This document shows, in pieces, positions 1-9,178 of a stretch of DNA of 32,000 nt (position 1 is the stretch's first letter; every line of letters begins with the position of its first letter). The translations under genes were made by a program, and so were the position numbers. Below the pieces are notes generated by a model, which worked only from the letters and a program-made list of their open reading frames with translations, was not told the origin of the DNA and did not search any database. The DNA is from Geotalea uraniireducens Rf4 (lineage in GTDB: Bacteria; Desulfobacterota; Desulfuromonadia; Geobacterales; Geobacteraceae), in the NCBI RefSeq assembly GCF_000016745.1, contig NC_009483.1, forward strand, positions 3,120,001-3,152,000. The letters are read 5' to 3'.

Positions 1-606
1 AACCTTTTCTGAAATCCTGGCCGGAAAAGGTTTCAGCAGCGAGCCGACCAGGTGAATCGTCCAGGACGTCCGCTTTTTCAAAACTACCAGAAAAGCCACC
101 ACCAGGGCGTAAATGGCGAGGGTGACATAACCGCCGACAACCAGCCCGTGTTGCACATTTTCCATGCCCGCGGGGAGCCTGACAGTGAAAAAGGTGACCA
201 GAAGAATAAGGAGCACGGTAAAGCCGTCAAAGAGGCGATCTACTACCAGCGTGGCAAACACTGCGCTCGTCTCGATCTTTTCCTTTTGCCCGAGCACATA
301 AGCCCGGACAAATTCCCCCAGCCTTGCAGGCAGCAGATTGTTAGCCATGTAGCCGATGATGGTCGATGGGAAGAGATTGGCCATTGACGTTTTTTTGATC
401 GGCAGAAGGAGGTATTTCCAGCGTACCGCCCGAAAATAGTAGCTGACAAAGGTTACGACAACCGCGGGCAGCAGATAGCGGTAATCCATCTCACTGAAAG
501 CGATAACCAGTTTATTGAAGTCTATCTTGCGGAAAAGCAGGAAGAGAAAGAAGAGACTGATCCCAATCCCGAGCAAAAGTTTCTTGTCAAATCCCTTCTT
601 TGTCAC
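1..606 (-). CDS. Flippase-like / lysylphosphatidylglycerol-synthase TM-region family (UPF0104, TIGR00374-type) membrane protein; N-terminal part only, runs off the left edge
   Basis: Absent from the ORF track because the window edge truncates it. My translation of the minus strand from GTG at 606 gives VTKKGFDKKLLLGIGISLFFLFLLFRKIDFNKL...YYFRAVRWKYLL...IIGYMANNLLPARLGEFVRAYVLG...ATLVVDRLFDGFTVLLIL. The frame stays open to position 1. The motifs RAxRW, NNxLPARxGE and VVDR are typical of the family. Confidence 0.7.
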   Translation of the reverse strand, partial: MTKKGFDKKLLLGIGISLFFLFLLFRKIDFNKLVIAFSEMDYRYLLPAVVVTFVSYYFRAVRWKYLLLPIKKTSMANLFPSTIIGYMANNLLPARLGEFVRAYVLGQKEKIETSAVFATLVVDRLFDGFTVLLILLVTFFTVRLPAGMENVQHGLVVGGYVTLAIYALVVAFLVVLKKRTSWTIHLVGSLLKPFPARISEKV

Positions 607-608
607 AT

Positions 609-1571
609 TCAATCCTTCACAAGGTATTCACGGTATTCAATAATGGCCGCATCGCGTAAAATCTCACGGCATCGTTCAATATCTTTGGCAATGGCCTTCT
701 GCAAGGACGGGACATCGGGAAAGGTCAGCTCGCCACGAATCCTGTCGATAAAGTAAAGCCGTGCGTCCTTGCCGTAAAGATCCCCTTCAAAGTCAAAGAG
801 AAAGACTTCGATCGCCAGTCTTTCATCTTTAAAAGTGGGATTGCTTCCGATGTTACAGGCGCCGTCATAGAGAACGTCGTCAATCTTCACCTTAACGGCA
901 TAGACACCATCTTTGGGAAGCAGCTCCTTATCGGTCTCGATGTTTGCTGTGGGAAATCCCAATCCTTTGCCGCGATGGTGTCCGTGAACTACCGTGCCGC
1001 CAAGGGAAAAATGACGGCCAAGGAGCGAAACTACACCTTTAACGTCACCATTCATCATCATGGTGCGAATCAAAGAGCTGCTGAAGATGGTTCTCCCATT
1101 GCTTATCGGCTCCAACACCTCGACTTTGAAGGATAACTCCTCGCCCAACTGCCTGAGCAGGGCCACGTCACCTTCACGATTGCGACCGAAGGCGTAATCA
1201 TAGCCGATGACAAGCTTGTTCACCCCGATTTTTTCGACCAGAACCGTGCCGACAAACTCTCTGGCGGTTATGGCAGCAAATTTTTCGTCAAACGGGATCT
1301 CAATCAGGTAGTCGATGCCGGACGCCTCGATGAGGGTTTCCTTCTCGGCGTAGGTATTGATCAGCAACGGGCTCTTTTCCGGCGCCAACACCTTCAGCGG
1401 GTGAGGAACAAAGGTCACAACCACCGACACACCGCCCAGTTCAGCGGCCAATTGTTTGACCCGGCGAAATATCTCCCGGTGTCCCAGATGAACCCCGTCG
1501 AAGTTACCGATGGTGACAACGGCATTGGGAAGCTTTTCGCTTATGTCGGATAAGTTTTTAAAAATTATCAT
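609..1571 (-). CDS. ribF: Bifunctional riboflavin kinase / FMN adenylyltransferase
   Basis: ORF 609..1610. TIGNFDGVHLGH nucleotidyltransferase motif near the N-terminus and a C-terminal riboflavin kinase domain (GFPTAN, PTF...EVFLFDF). Start chosen at the internal ATG 1571 (MIIFKNL...), which leaves ~20 aa before TIGNFDG as in E. coli RibF. The GTG at 1610 overlapping the tatC stop is the alternative. Confidence 0.9.
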   Translation of the reverse strand: MIIFKNLSDISEKLPNAVVTIGNFDGVHLGHREIFRRVKQLAAELGGVSVVVTFVPHPLKVLAPEKSPLLINTYAEKETLIEASGIDYLIEIPFDEKFAAITAREFVGTVLVEKIGVNKLVIGYDYAFGRNREGDVALLRQLGEELSFKVEVLEPISNGRTIFSSSLIRTMMMNGDVKGVVSLLGRHFSLGGTVVHGHHRGKGLGFPTANIETDKELLPKDGVYAVKVKIDDVLYDGACNIGSNPTFKDERLAIEVFLFDFEGDLYGKDARLYFIDRIRGELTFPDVPSLQKAIAKDIERCREILRDAAIIEYREYLVKD

Positions 1572-1606
1572 GGATTTTATATGGGGAACCGTTCCCAGTC
1601 CCCAGT

Positions 1607-2443
1607 TCACGCCTCTGCCGTTACAGCCGGTTTCTTCTTGCCGAAAATCAGCGCCACCCAGACACTCACCTCATACATCAGGTAGAGCGGGACCATAATC
1701 ACGAACATCGTGATCAGGTCGGCATGAAATGCAGCGATAATCGAGCTGGCCAGCAATGCGTACTTGCGGTTTCTGGCCAGGAGGGAATAGCTGACTATGC
1801 CGAATCTGGACAAGAGCAGCGACAGAATCGGCAGCTCGAAGATGAGGCCGAAGATGAGAATCAATCGTAGACAAAAGTTTATGTATGCGCTCAGGTTGAA
1901 CCAGCTCTGGAGCCCTTGCGCCTCGTAGGAAAGGGAGAAGTTGATGATGACCGGCCAGATAACGATAAGGAAGAAGAGCGCCCCGACACAGAAACTGATG
2001 GTGCTGACCGTGACAAAGGGAACGACAAGTTTCTTTTCCTTGCGGGTCAGCCCCGGCGCGACGAACAGCCATACCTGATAGAACAATACCGGCAGGACCA
2101 GGATCAGGCCGGCAATAATCGAAATCTTGCACTGGATGAAAAACGGTTCAAGAGGCGCGCTGTAGTTCAGCATTCTTTCCTTGACCGGCGCGCTTACGTC
2201 CTGTTCCAGCTTGTAGTGGTTGTAGATTGCCGGGTAGCGTTTTTTTACCTCACCATAGACCTGTTTCTTCAGCTCGGTCAGGTAGGTCTTGCCGGTCAGT
2301 GGCTTTTCCACGAAACTCAGCAGGTCGCTGGAAAAATTCCACGACACCCCCATGCCGATGACTATGGCAATAATGGATACAATCAGCCTTTTACGCAATT
2401 CGACAAGATGTTCGATGAACGGCAGGACTTTCTCATCGGCCAT
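1607..2443 (-). CDS. tatC: Twin-arginine translocase subunit TatC
   Basis: 278 aa. N-terminal PFIEHLVELRKRL motif, six hydrophobic segments, typical TatC length. Confidence 0.9.
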   Translation of the reverse strand: MADEKVLPFIEHLVELRKRLIVSIIAIVIGMGVSWNFSSDLLSFVEKPLTGKTYLTELKKQVYGEVKKRYPAIYNHYKLEQDVSAPVKERMLNYSAPLEPFFIQCKISIIAGLILVLPVLFYQVWLFVAPGLTRKEKKLVVPFVTVSTISFCVGALFFLIVIWPVIINFSLSYEAQGLQSWFNLSAYINFCLRLILIFGLIFELPILSLLLSRFGIVSYSLLARNRKYALLASSIIAAFHADLITMFVIMVPLYLMYEVSVWVALIFGKKKPAVTAEA

Positions 2444-2632
2444 AAATAAATCCCCTTATTGACCAGCTCTTCACCTAAACGAATTTTATAACACAGCACA
2501 AAGTCCAAGCGCAACTGCTTTAACCTGATCACCATGGTAAGCCATGGTCATGCATACCGAGAACTTGAAATGATACGCCAAAATAATAAATGTGACGTGG
2601 AGGGTATTGACGTAAGGAAAAAGGAGGAAATT

Positions 2633-3685
2633 TTAAATCATTTTGATCAACGTATCCACGACAGCCTCAAGAGGAACAACGCCATCTACACAGACCGAAT
2701 CCATAACCGCTTTCGGCATGCCGAAAACAATGGAGCTTTCCTCGGACTCCACGAAAATCCTTCCGCCGGCATTCTTTATCGCCTGAGCCCCGCTCGCCCC
2801 ATCCCTACCCATCCCGGTAAGGACAAAAGCCAGAGTTTTTTCGCCGCAAACGTCAGCGGCAGACTCAAGAAGAACGTCAACCGACGGCCGGTGAAGCGTG
2901 TCCTCCGGCAAAAGATCAAGCCTGATGCGCAGCTCTCCGCCAAGTCGTTTAAGCTTCAAATGCATGCCGGCCGGTGCGATATATGCGGTCCCTTGCTTGA
3001 TCGGCTCGTCGTCGACCGCTTCCTTTACCGCTAAAGCACAAAGCCTGTTGAGCCTGTCGGCCAGAGAAGCAGTGAAGCCGACCGGCATATGTTGAACAAT
3101 AAGTATCGGACAGGGGATATTTTCGGGAATCTTGGTTAAAACAGCCTGCAATGCCGGCGGGCCTCCGGTAGAGGCGCCGATGACAACCACCTCCGTCTCT
3201 TTTTTTGCAGCCGATACCGGTGTCCTGGGAGCTGAGAACTTTTCCTCTGCTCCTTTCAGTTTACCGACATCCACCCGCGCTGCGATCATGATCTTTGCAA
3301 TCAGACTACTTGCAAGCGCGGCAATATCCATCGGGCCGCCGGCAGAAGACTTGTCGACAAAATCGACAGCGCCCAGTTCCAGCGCCTTCAGAGTATTATC
3401 GCCCCCCTTCCCGGTCAGGGAACTGAGCATGATTACCGGCGTGGGACACTCCTTCATAATCCTTTCAAGGGCAGACAAACCGTCCAGCACCGGCATTTTG
3501 ACATCGAGGGTCACAACGTCGGGGCGCAGTTCCTTGACCAGTGCAACAGCCATTTCTCCGTTGGAGGCCACATCGATGACCTGAATATCCGGATTTCCGT
3601 TAAACATCATGATGAGGGCACGGCGAATGAATGCCGAATCGTCAACGACCAGCACCCGTATTTTCTTGTGATCATGAGCATTCAT
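2633..3685 (-). CDS. cheB: Chemotaxis response regulator protein-glutamate methylesterase CheB
   Basis: N-terminal receiver (VLVVDDS...LDVKMP) followed by a methylesterase domain (GASTGGP, HMP, GMGRDG). Confidence 0.92.
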   Translation of the reverse strand: MNAHDHKKIRVLVVDDSAFIRRALIMMFNGNPDIQVIDVASNGEMAVALVKELRPDVVTLDVKMPVLDGLSALERIMKECPTPVIMLSSLTGKGGDNTLKALELGAVDFVDKSSAGGPMDIAALASSLIAKIMIAARVDVGKLKGAEEKFSAPRTPVSAAKKETEVVVIGASTGGPPALQAVLTKIPENIPCPILIVQHMPVGFTASLADRLNRLCALAVKEAVDDEPIKQGTAYIAPAGMHLKLKRLGGELRIRLDLLPEDTLHRPSVDVLLESAADVCGEKTLAFVLTGMGRDGASGAQAIKNAGGRIFVESEESSIVFGMPKAVMDSVCVDGVVPLEAVVDTLIKMI

Positions 3686-3695
3686 AATCGCGGCA

Positions 3696-4547
3696 TCAAC
3701 CTCTCACGCGGTAAACAACGGCGCCGGGAAAGCGTATGGGAATGTAACGACGTGTGATTCTGGAAAGAGACTCCGAGTGGCCAAGAAAAAGGAGCCCGCC
3801 ATCCACAAGAAATCTTGCAAAATTTTCGACGATCTTCCTTACCGTCTCATCGTTAAAATATATCAAAACGTTTCGGCAAAATATGATATCAACCTCTGAT
3901 TCGGAGACGATATCGTCAAGATCCAGCAGGTTCCCCTGGACAAAACTGCACATGGCGCGTACTGAATCCTTAACATGGAAGCCATTATCGCATTTTCTGA
4001 AGTAGCGTTCCTGGTACTGCCCTGGTGTCGACTGGAAGGCCCGACCGCTATAGACACCGGCTACCGCCCGTTCTATGACCTTTGGATCGATATCCACTCC
4101 GGTGATCTTCACGTCCCAATTCCAGGCAAAACAGCCGGATTCCAGAACGAGCATTGCCAGCGAATAGACTTCTTCGCCGCTGGAACAGCCAGCTGAGACA
4201 ATCCTTATTGTTCTGTCGTCATTCCTGAGTTTCTTTTCCTTCAGTGCAGGGAGCGCTTCTTCGGCAAAAACCCGCAGCTGGATTTCTTCACGGAAAAAAT
4301 AGGTCTCATTGTTGGTGATCCGGGAAATAAACTTGAGCCGTTCCCCGGCCCCCCCCGGTGCAAATTTCAGGTAGGCGTAATACTCGGCAAAGGTTGAAAG
4401 TCTCAGTTCTTCGAGACGGGGCAAGAGTTTAGCCGAAAGATAACCTTCTTTTTCATTTTCCAGGAGCAGACCAAAGTTCTCGGCGACAAATTCTTTGATC
4501 ATCCTGAAATCTTCCAGCGTCATGACAGGTGCACCGGGAATATCCAT
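3696..4547 (-). CDS. cheR: Chemotaxis protein methyltransferase CheR (paralogue 1)
   Basis: TNNETYFFRE motif and SAM-binding VSAGCSSGEEVYSLAM, CRNVLIYF. Confidence 0.9.
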   Translation of the reverse strand: MDIPGAPVMTLEDFRMIKEFVAENFGLLLENEKEGYLSAKLLPRLEELRLSTFAEYYAYLKFAPGGAGERLKFISRITNNETYFFREEIQLRVFAEEALPALKEKKLRNDDRTIRIVSAGCSSGEEVYSLAMLVLESGCFAWNWDVKITGVDIDPKVIERAVAGVYSGRAFQSTPGQYQERYFRKCDNGFHVKDSVRAMCSFVQGNLLDLDDIVSESEVDIIFCRNVLIYFNDETVRKIVENFARFLVDGGLLFLGHSESLSRITRRYIPIRFPGAVVYRVRG

Positions 4548-4607
4548 TAACAGTACTTCTCCATGGTGAGGCTCTTCAACGCCATTGCCGCCTTGATTTT
4601 TACTTCA

Positions 4608-5306
4608 TCATCCTGCCCGCTGGATTGCCACGAGCGCCCTGGCAGCCGCGGCAACCAGTTTGTCCGATGGATCGCAGAGCATCTCCGCCAAGTGAAGGAT
4701 GGCGCGTGTATCGCCGATCTTTCCCAGAGCTTCGATTACCGGTTCTCTCAGCATTTCATCGTCCAGAAGCTGAAGGAGCTGGGGCACTGCCCGGTTGTCG
4801 CGCATTTCTCCCATGGCCACGATTGCCGGGTATTGCAGCCAGAAATCCTCCTTGAGCAGTTCAATAAGGGGAAGCAGTGCGGCATGGTCTCCGATCTTGC
4901 CCAATGCCTCGGCAGCGGCATGCCTCACATTGATGTCCCGGTCGCGTAGCGCTTCTATCAGGGGACCGACAGCCTGCCGGCTGGAAATGTCTCCCAGCAT
5001 GACCGCACTGAAATTTCTTACTTCCTCGTTTTCATCCTGCAACAGATTGAGCAGGTCGGGAACCGCCTGCTTGCCGAACCTGACCAGCACCTCCATCGCA
5101 CCATTCCGCAGGTCGGCATCGAAATCGTTCCTTACCGCTTTTTCCAGTACGGGAAAATTCGCTTCGAGCCCCATTGAAAGAATTCTATCCATGGCCTCCG
5201 GCTTGCACCCCTGATCCTCGTCACCGACCAGGAGCAGTAAATCTTCTACCGATTTCCCGTCCAGACTTATTTCTACCGGCTCCCTGTCATCGAACGGCTT
5301 AACCAT
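4608..5306 (-). CDS. HEAT-repeat (PBS-lyase HEAT-like) protein embedded in the che operon
   Basis: Repeated VRxxAAEALGKIGD / AVPxLLxLLxD units (at least 5). Start set at ATG 5306 (MVKPFDD...), which overlaps the upstream cheR stop (5299) by 8 nt. The track's longer ORF to 5444 would run deep into cheR. Confidence 0.8.
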   Translation of the reverse strand: MVKPFDDREPVEISLDGKSVEDLLLLVGDEDQGCKPEAMDRILSMGLEANFPVLEKAVRNDFDADLRNGAMEVLVRFGKQAVPDLLNLLQDENEEVRNFSAVMLGDISSRQAVGPLIEALRDRDINVRHAAAEALGKIGDHAALLPLIELLKEDFWLQYPAIVAMGEMRDNRAVPQLLQLLDDEMLREPVIEALGKIGDTRAILHLAEMLCDPSDKLVAAAARALVAIQRAG

Positions 5307-6213
5307 GTTCCCGCGTCTCCATCTTTCTATAAATAAGACAACCCGCATCATGAACGGACCGGAAATCATGATCGTATATATGCAGGGCTTCGGCATCACC
5401 GGTGAAGAAATACCCACCGGGCGCAAGGAGATGAAACAGGGCATACACCAGGCGTTGCTGAGTCTCGACGGAAAAGTATATCATCACGTTCCGGCAAAAA
5501 ATCAGGTCGAAGCCGGCAAAACCCTCGCCTGTCCCGGGAAAACTCTCGCCATTTATGATGCTGCCGAGATTGAACGAACAAAACCTGACAAGCTTTTTAA
5601 CCTCGTCATTAACGATAAAGCCGCCAGCTGTCGGCTCCATGTATCTGTCGAGATAATCCGCCGGCAGTCCTTTCAGCCTTTCATCCTCGTAATGACCGGT
5701 TGCAGCGCTTTTTATGCAGCTCTCGCTCAAATCGCCTGCAAGTATCTCGATGTTCCAAGCCTTGGGATAGCGAAGCGCTTCGAGAAGAGCCATCGCCACG
5801 GAATAGGGTTCTTCTCCGGTCGAACAGCCGGCGCAAAGAATGCGTAGTTTCATAATGGAGGCGGGGGAGAGCGGTTCAGCCTCTCCCCAGGATCGGACGA
5901 CCGCCCGCCCCTTTTCTTCCTCCAAACCGGGAATGATCTTCTCCATCAGGAAACGAAATTGCGCAGGATTCCTGAAGAAGAATGTCTCATTGGTCGTAAT
6001 CAGATCGAGCAGCGCTGCTTCCTCGCGGCTGGACGTTTTCAGCAGTTCGAGATAAGCACCAAGGTCCGGCAGGTTTAACCGGGCAAGACGCTCCTTAAGC
6101 TTACTCTTCAGAACCTGCCGCTTATGTCCCTGAAAATGAAGCAAGCTTCGGTCATGCACAAACTGTTCTATGCTGTTGAACGCTCGATCTTTCATTCTAC
6201 CCGCATCACCCAT
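5299..6213 (-). CDS. cheR: Chemotaxis protein methyltransferase CheR (paralogue 2)
   Basis: TTNETFFFRN motif, CAGCSTGEEPYSVAM SAM-binding site, CRNVMIYF. The start could instead be the Met at 6195. Confidence 0.88.
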   Translation of the reverse strand: MGDAGRMKDRAFNSIEQFVHDRSLLHFQGHKRQVLKSKLKERLARLNLPDLGAYLELLKTSSREEAALLDLITTNETFFFRNPAQFRFLMEKIIPGLEEEKGRAVVRSWGEAEPLSPASIMKLRILCAGCSTGEEPYSVAMALLEALRYPKAWNIEILAGDLSESCIKSAATGHYEDERLKGLPADYLDRYMEPTAGGFIVNDEVKKLVRFCSFNLGSIINGESFPGTGEGFAGFDLIFCRNVMIYFSVETQQRLVYALFHLLAPGGYFFTGDAEALHIYDHDFRSVHDAGCLIYRKMETREHG

Positions 6214-6265
6214 GTGCCAAACAAGTCAAAGGGGCAAGTGTCTGCCCCGAGCCGGAACAGTTTCT

Positions 6266-8572
6266 TCAGTTCACCTTGAATTCCGCCACGAGCGAGGCCA
6301 AGTCGACCGCCTGGCTTGACAGGCTCTGGGCGGACTTGGAAAGCTCCTCTACCGATGACAGGTTTTCCCTCGTGATGTCGCTGATGTTCTCTACTGCGGT
6401 CACCACCATTTCCCCGCCTTTTTTCTGTTCTGCGGTGGCGTTGGCTACGGATTGGGTCAGGCTGTTCATGGCGGTGACCGCTTCTGCTATCTGGCGGGCG
6501 GATAGCGCCTGTTCCCTGGTGGCTATGGTCACCTGGCCGGTGATGTTGTTCATGTTCTCTACGGCTATCCTGATCTGCCGGCTTCCCTGGGTCTGCTCCC
6601 TGGTGGCGCCGGTCACTTCCTGGGTCAGACTGTTCATCCTCTCCACGGCTATCCTGATCTGTCGACCGCCCAATGCCTGCTCTCTTGCGGCGTTGGCCAC
6701 AATGGCCGCGGACTGGCTCATCTTTTCCACGGCCAGCATTACCTGGGTGGATGCGCTCGCCTGCTCCGAGGTCGTGGCGGAGATGGATGACATCAGGTTG
6801 CTGGTGCATTCGATGCTCCTGACCATGTTTTCCAGGGCGTTCCCGGCGACGCCGGAAAGTTCCATGGATGCCTGTGCTTCTTTTGAGGCCAGTTCGCCGT
6901 ATTTGACCGAATTACTGGTATCGACCTGCACCTGTTTTATCACGAGCCCGATTTCCTTGGTTGCGTTGACGCTTCGCTCCGCAAGCTTTCTCACTTCTTC
7001 GGCCACAACGGCAAAGCCTCTTCCTGCGTCGCCGGCCCGCGCTGCCTCTATGGCGGCGTTCAGTGCCAGAAGGTTGGTCTGGTCGGCTATCTCGTTGATG
7101 ACCTTGACGATGCTCCCGATCTCTTCGGAGCGTTTGTCCAGGTTGAGGATCGATTCGGCTGTCTTCTCTATCACCCCGGCTACCCTGTTCATGGAGGCCA
7201 GGGCTTCCTGGACGGCCTGCCGACCGGCGTAGCCTTCCTTGGCGGCCGACTTTGCCACGGCATCCGCCTCATCCACATTTAATGCCACCTGCCTGATGGA
7301 ACCCGCTACCTGCTCGACTATGGACGCTGTTTCGGAGACGATCTGCTGCAGTTCCTGGGAATTGCCGGCCACCTGCTCGATGGATACGGTCATCTGCTCG
7401 ATGGTGGAAGATGTCTCGGACACGGAGGAAGCCAGTTCATCGGTGTTCTGCGCCACCTTGTCGATGGAAACCGTCATCTGCTCTATGGTTGCGGATGTCT
7501 CGGCGACGGAGGACGACATCACTTCCGCGCCCTTCGCCACCTGCTCGCTGGTGGCGCCAAGTTCCTGGATGGTCGAAGCAACCTCGTCGGCATTGCCGGC
7601 CAGAGAATCGGCATTGGAGGCCACTGTCTGGATGGAGGCAGCCATCTGCACCATGGTGCTGGAGGTCTCTTCTGCGGCGGAAGCCTGGCTGTGGGCGGAC
7701 TTGGTAAGCTGGTTGGAACTGGAGGAGATCTGATTGGCGGCGGACGCCACCTGCTCGGACGTATCGCGTATTTTAGCGATCATGGCGCGCAGATTGTTCG
7801 CCATCGCGTTCATGGCCGCCATCAACTGGCCGACCTCGTCCTTTGACTTCACATCTACGCTGGCGGTGAGGTCGCCGGCGGAAAGTTTATTGGCGGTATC
7901 AACGGCAGTTCCCAGCGGAATGGTGATGCTCCGCGTCAAAAAAAGCCCTGTTATGAAGCTCAGGAATATCGCCGACAAAATGCAGACCCAGATAATCTGT
8001 TTCGTCTGCTTGGCCAGATCCGCCATTATCTTCTCTTTGGACTCCATCCGCTCGACGCCGTCTTTCGCCAGGTCCGTTGCAAGCGTTTCCAGGTTATGGA
8101 TTTCATCCTTGTATCGGGCAATGGCCTCATTCCCCGCCTCGGGGGTTAGTAACCGGCCGGCGACAATCGTGCCGTGGACATCGGCCAGTCCCTTGTCGTA
8201 GTCTTCCATGTCGCTTTTCATCTTCTTGACTGCTTCCCTGTCCTTGGGCAACGTCACCACTTTTTCCAGGTCAGCGATCCTTGCCGCCAGAAGCACCTGC
8301 GCCTGCTGCCATTTTTCGTAGTATTCGGCAACCTTCTCCTTTGACCGGATGTTCAGGAACATGTCCTTCTCGAAGCGCCTCATGTCAAGCACGTCTGCTC
8401 TGGCCCGGGCCGAATGCTGGGCGATCATGGCGTCGCTTTTAAGCATCTTGATGGTCGTATCGGTGCTGGTCTTGACCCCCCAATACCCTGCACACCCGAC
8501 AATGATCAGCAACAACAGCAACAAGGTGAAACCCAGGCCTAAACGCGCCCCTATTTTCATGTTTGCAAGCAT
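6266..8572 (-). CDS. Methyl-accepting chemotaxis protein: 2 TM segments, four-helix-bundle-type sensor, HAMP, and an unusually long signalling coiled coil
   Basis: 768 aa. TM1 at aa ~8-30 and TM2 at ~192-212, then HAMP. Conserved hairpin tip [41 protein letters not shown] at aa ~494-533. SD AAGGAGG lies upstream of ATG 8572. Confidence 0.95.
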   Translation of the reverse strand: MLANMKIGARLGLGFTLLLLLLIIVGCAGYWGVKTSTDTTIKMLKSDAMIAQHSARARADVLDMRRFEKDMFLNIRSKEKVAEYYEKWQQAQVLLAARIADLEKVVTLPKDREAVKKMKSDMEDYDKGLADVHGTIVAGRLLTPEAGNEAIARYKDEIHNLETLATDLAKDGVERMESKEKIMADLAKQTKQIIWVCILSAIFLSFITGLFLTRSITIPLGTAVDTANKLSAGDLTASVDVKSKDEVGQLMAAMNAMANNLRAMIAKIRDTSEQVASAANQISSSSNQLTKSAHSQASAAEETSSTMVQMAASIQTVASNADSLAGNADEVASTIQELGATSEQVAKGAEVMSSSVAETSATIEQMTVSIDKVAQNTDELASSVSETSSTIEQMTVSIEQVAGNSQELQQIVSETASIVEQVAGSIRQVALNVDEADAVAKSAAKEGYAGRQAVQEALASMNRVAGVIEKTAESILNLDKRSEEIGSIVKVINEIADQTNLLALNAAIEAARAGDAGRGFAVVAEEVRKLAERSVNATKEIGLVIKQVQVDTSNSVKYGELASKEAQASMELSGVAGNALENMVRSIECTSNLMSSISATTSEQASASTQVMLAVEKMSQSAAIVANAAREQALGGRQIRIAVERMNSLTQEVTGATREQTQGSRQIRIAVENMNNITGQVTIATREQALSARQIAEAVTAMNSLTQSVANATAEQKKGGEMVVTAVENISDITRENLSSVEELSKSAQSLSSQAVDLASLVAEFKVN

Positions 8573-8620
8573 GACACCTCCTTAACGGCAACAACCGGAT
8601 ATTTAAATGAACTTGTAATT

Positions 8621-9178
8621 TTAATGCAATGCGACCAAAAGCGAGCGATTGAGATCGAGGATGATGATAAGACGGCTCTCCAGCTTGCCGACCCCCTTTA
8701 TGTAGTTCTCGTCGAGACTTGTCGCCTCTTCCGGCAGATCCTCGATGACCGCCGATGGGATCCTGATCACCTGGGAAACGCTGTCTACAAGCATCCCCAG
8801 CCGTTTCTCGCCGATCTCGACAATGATGATCCGCTGTTCCTCGTTTGCCTCGACTTCCGGCAGTCCAAAACGCCTTCTGAGATTAACCACCGGGATGATT
8901 TTTCCCCGCAGGTTGATTACTCCGTTGACGTGGACGGGCGCACCCGGCACCGGCGTAATGTCGGCAGCCCTGATGATCTCCTGGACACTGCTTATCTCCA
9001 CGCCATACTCTTCGCGCCCCAGGGAAAAGGTAACCAGGTGGAATATGGTTTCCCCCTTGACCTTTTCCGTGGCTACAACCTTCGCGTTCAGCTCTTCCTG
9101 AGCCTTTTCCATGAACCCGGCCAGGATATCCTCCGCCAAGCCCGAAGACGGAAGCTTTATCTCTTCACAGTCCCCCAT
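8621..9178 (-). CDS. cheW: Chemotaxis coupling protein CheW
   Basis: CheW fold signature FSLGREEYGVEISSVQEI...VINLRGKIIPVVNLRRRFGL. Start set at ATG 9178 (MGDCEE...), a 14-nt overlap with the cheA stop. The track's 239-aa version reads through the cheA 3' end. Confidence 0.9.
   Translation of the reverse strand: MGDCEEIKLPSSGLAEDILAGFMEKAQEELNAKVVATEKVKGETIFHLVTFSLGREEYGVEISSVQEIIRAADITPVPGAPVHVNGVINLRGKIIPVVNLRRRFGLPEVEANEEQRIIIVEIGEKRLGMLVDSVSQVIRIPSAVIEDLPEEATSLDENYIKGVGKLESRLIIILDLNRSLLVALH

Noticed and set aside
52-387. 111-aa plus-strand ORF at the left edge
   Set aside because: It is antisense to an edge-truncated minus-strand gene whose translation has clear flippase-like/UPF0104 motifs. 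The plus-strand product has none.
2534-3034. 166-aa plus-strand ORF spanning the tatC-cheB spacer and the cheB 3' end
   Set aside because: Most of it is antisense to cheB. It has no SD and no motif.
6276-7733. Long plus-strand ORFs (318 aa, 164 aa, 98 aa) antisense to the MCP gene, plus the minus-strand off-frame ORF 6192..6809
   Set aside because: The Ser/Ala/Thr-rich or Arg-rich low-complexity translations are produced by the repetitive Ala/Ser/Glu codons of the MCP coiled coil. No start context or domain signal is present.
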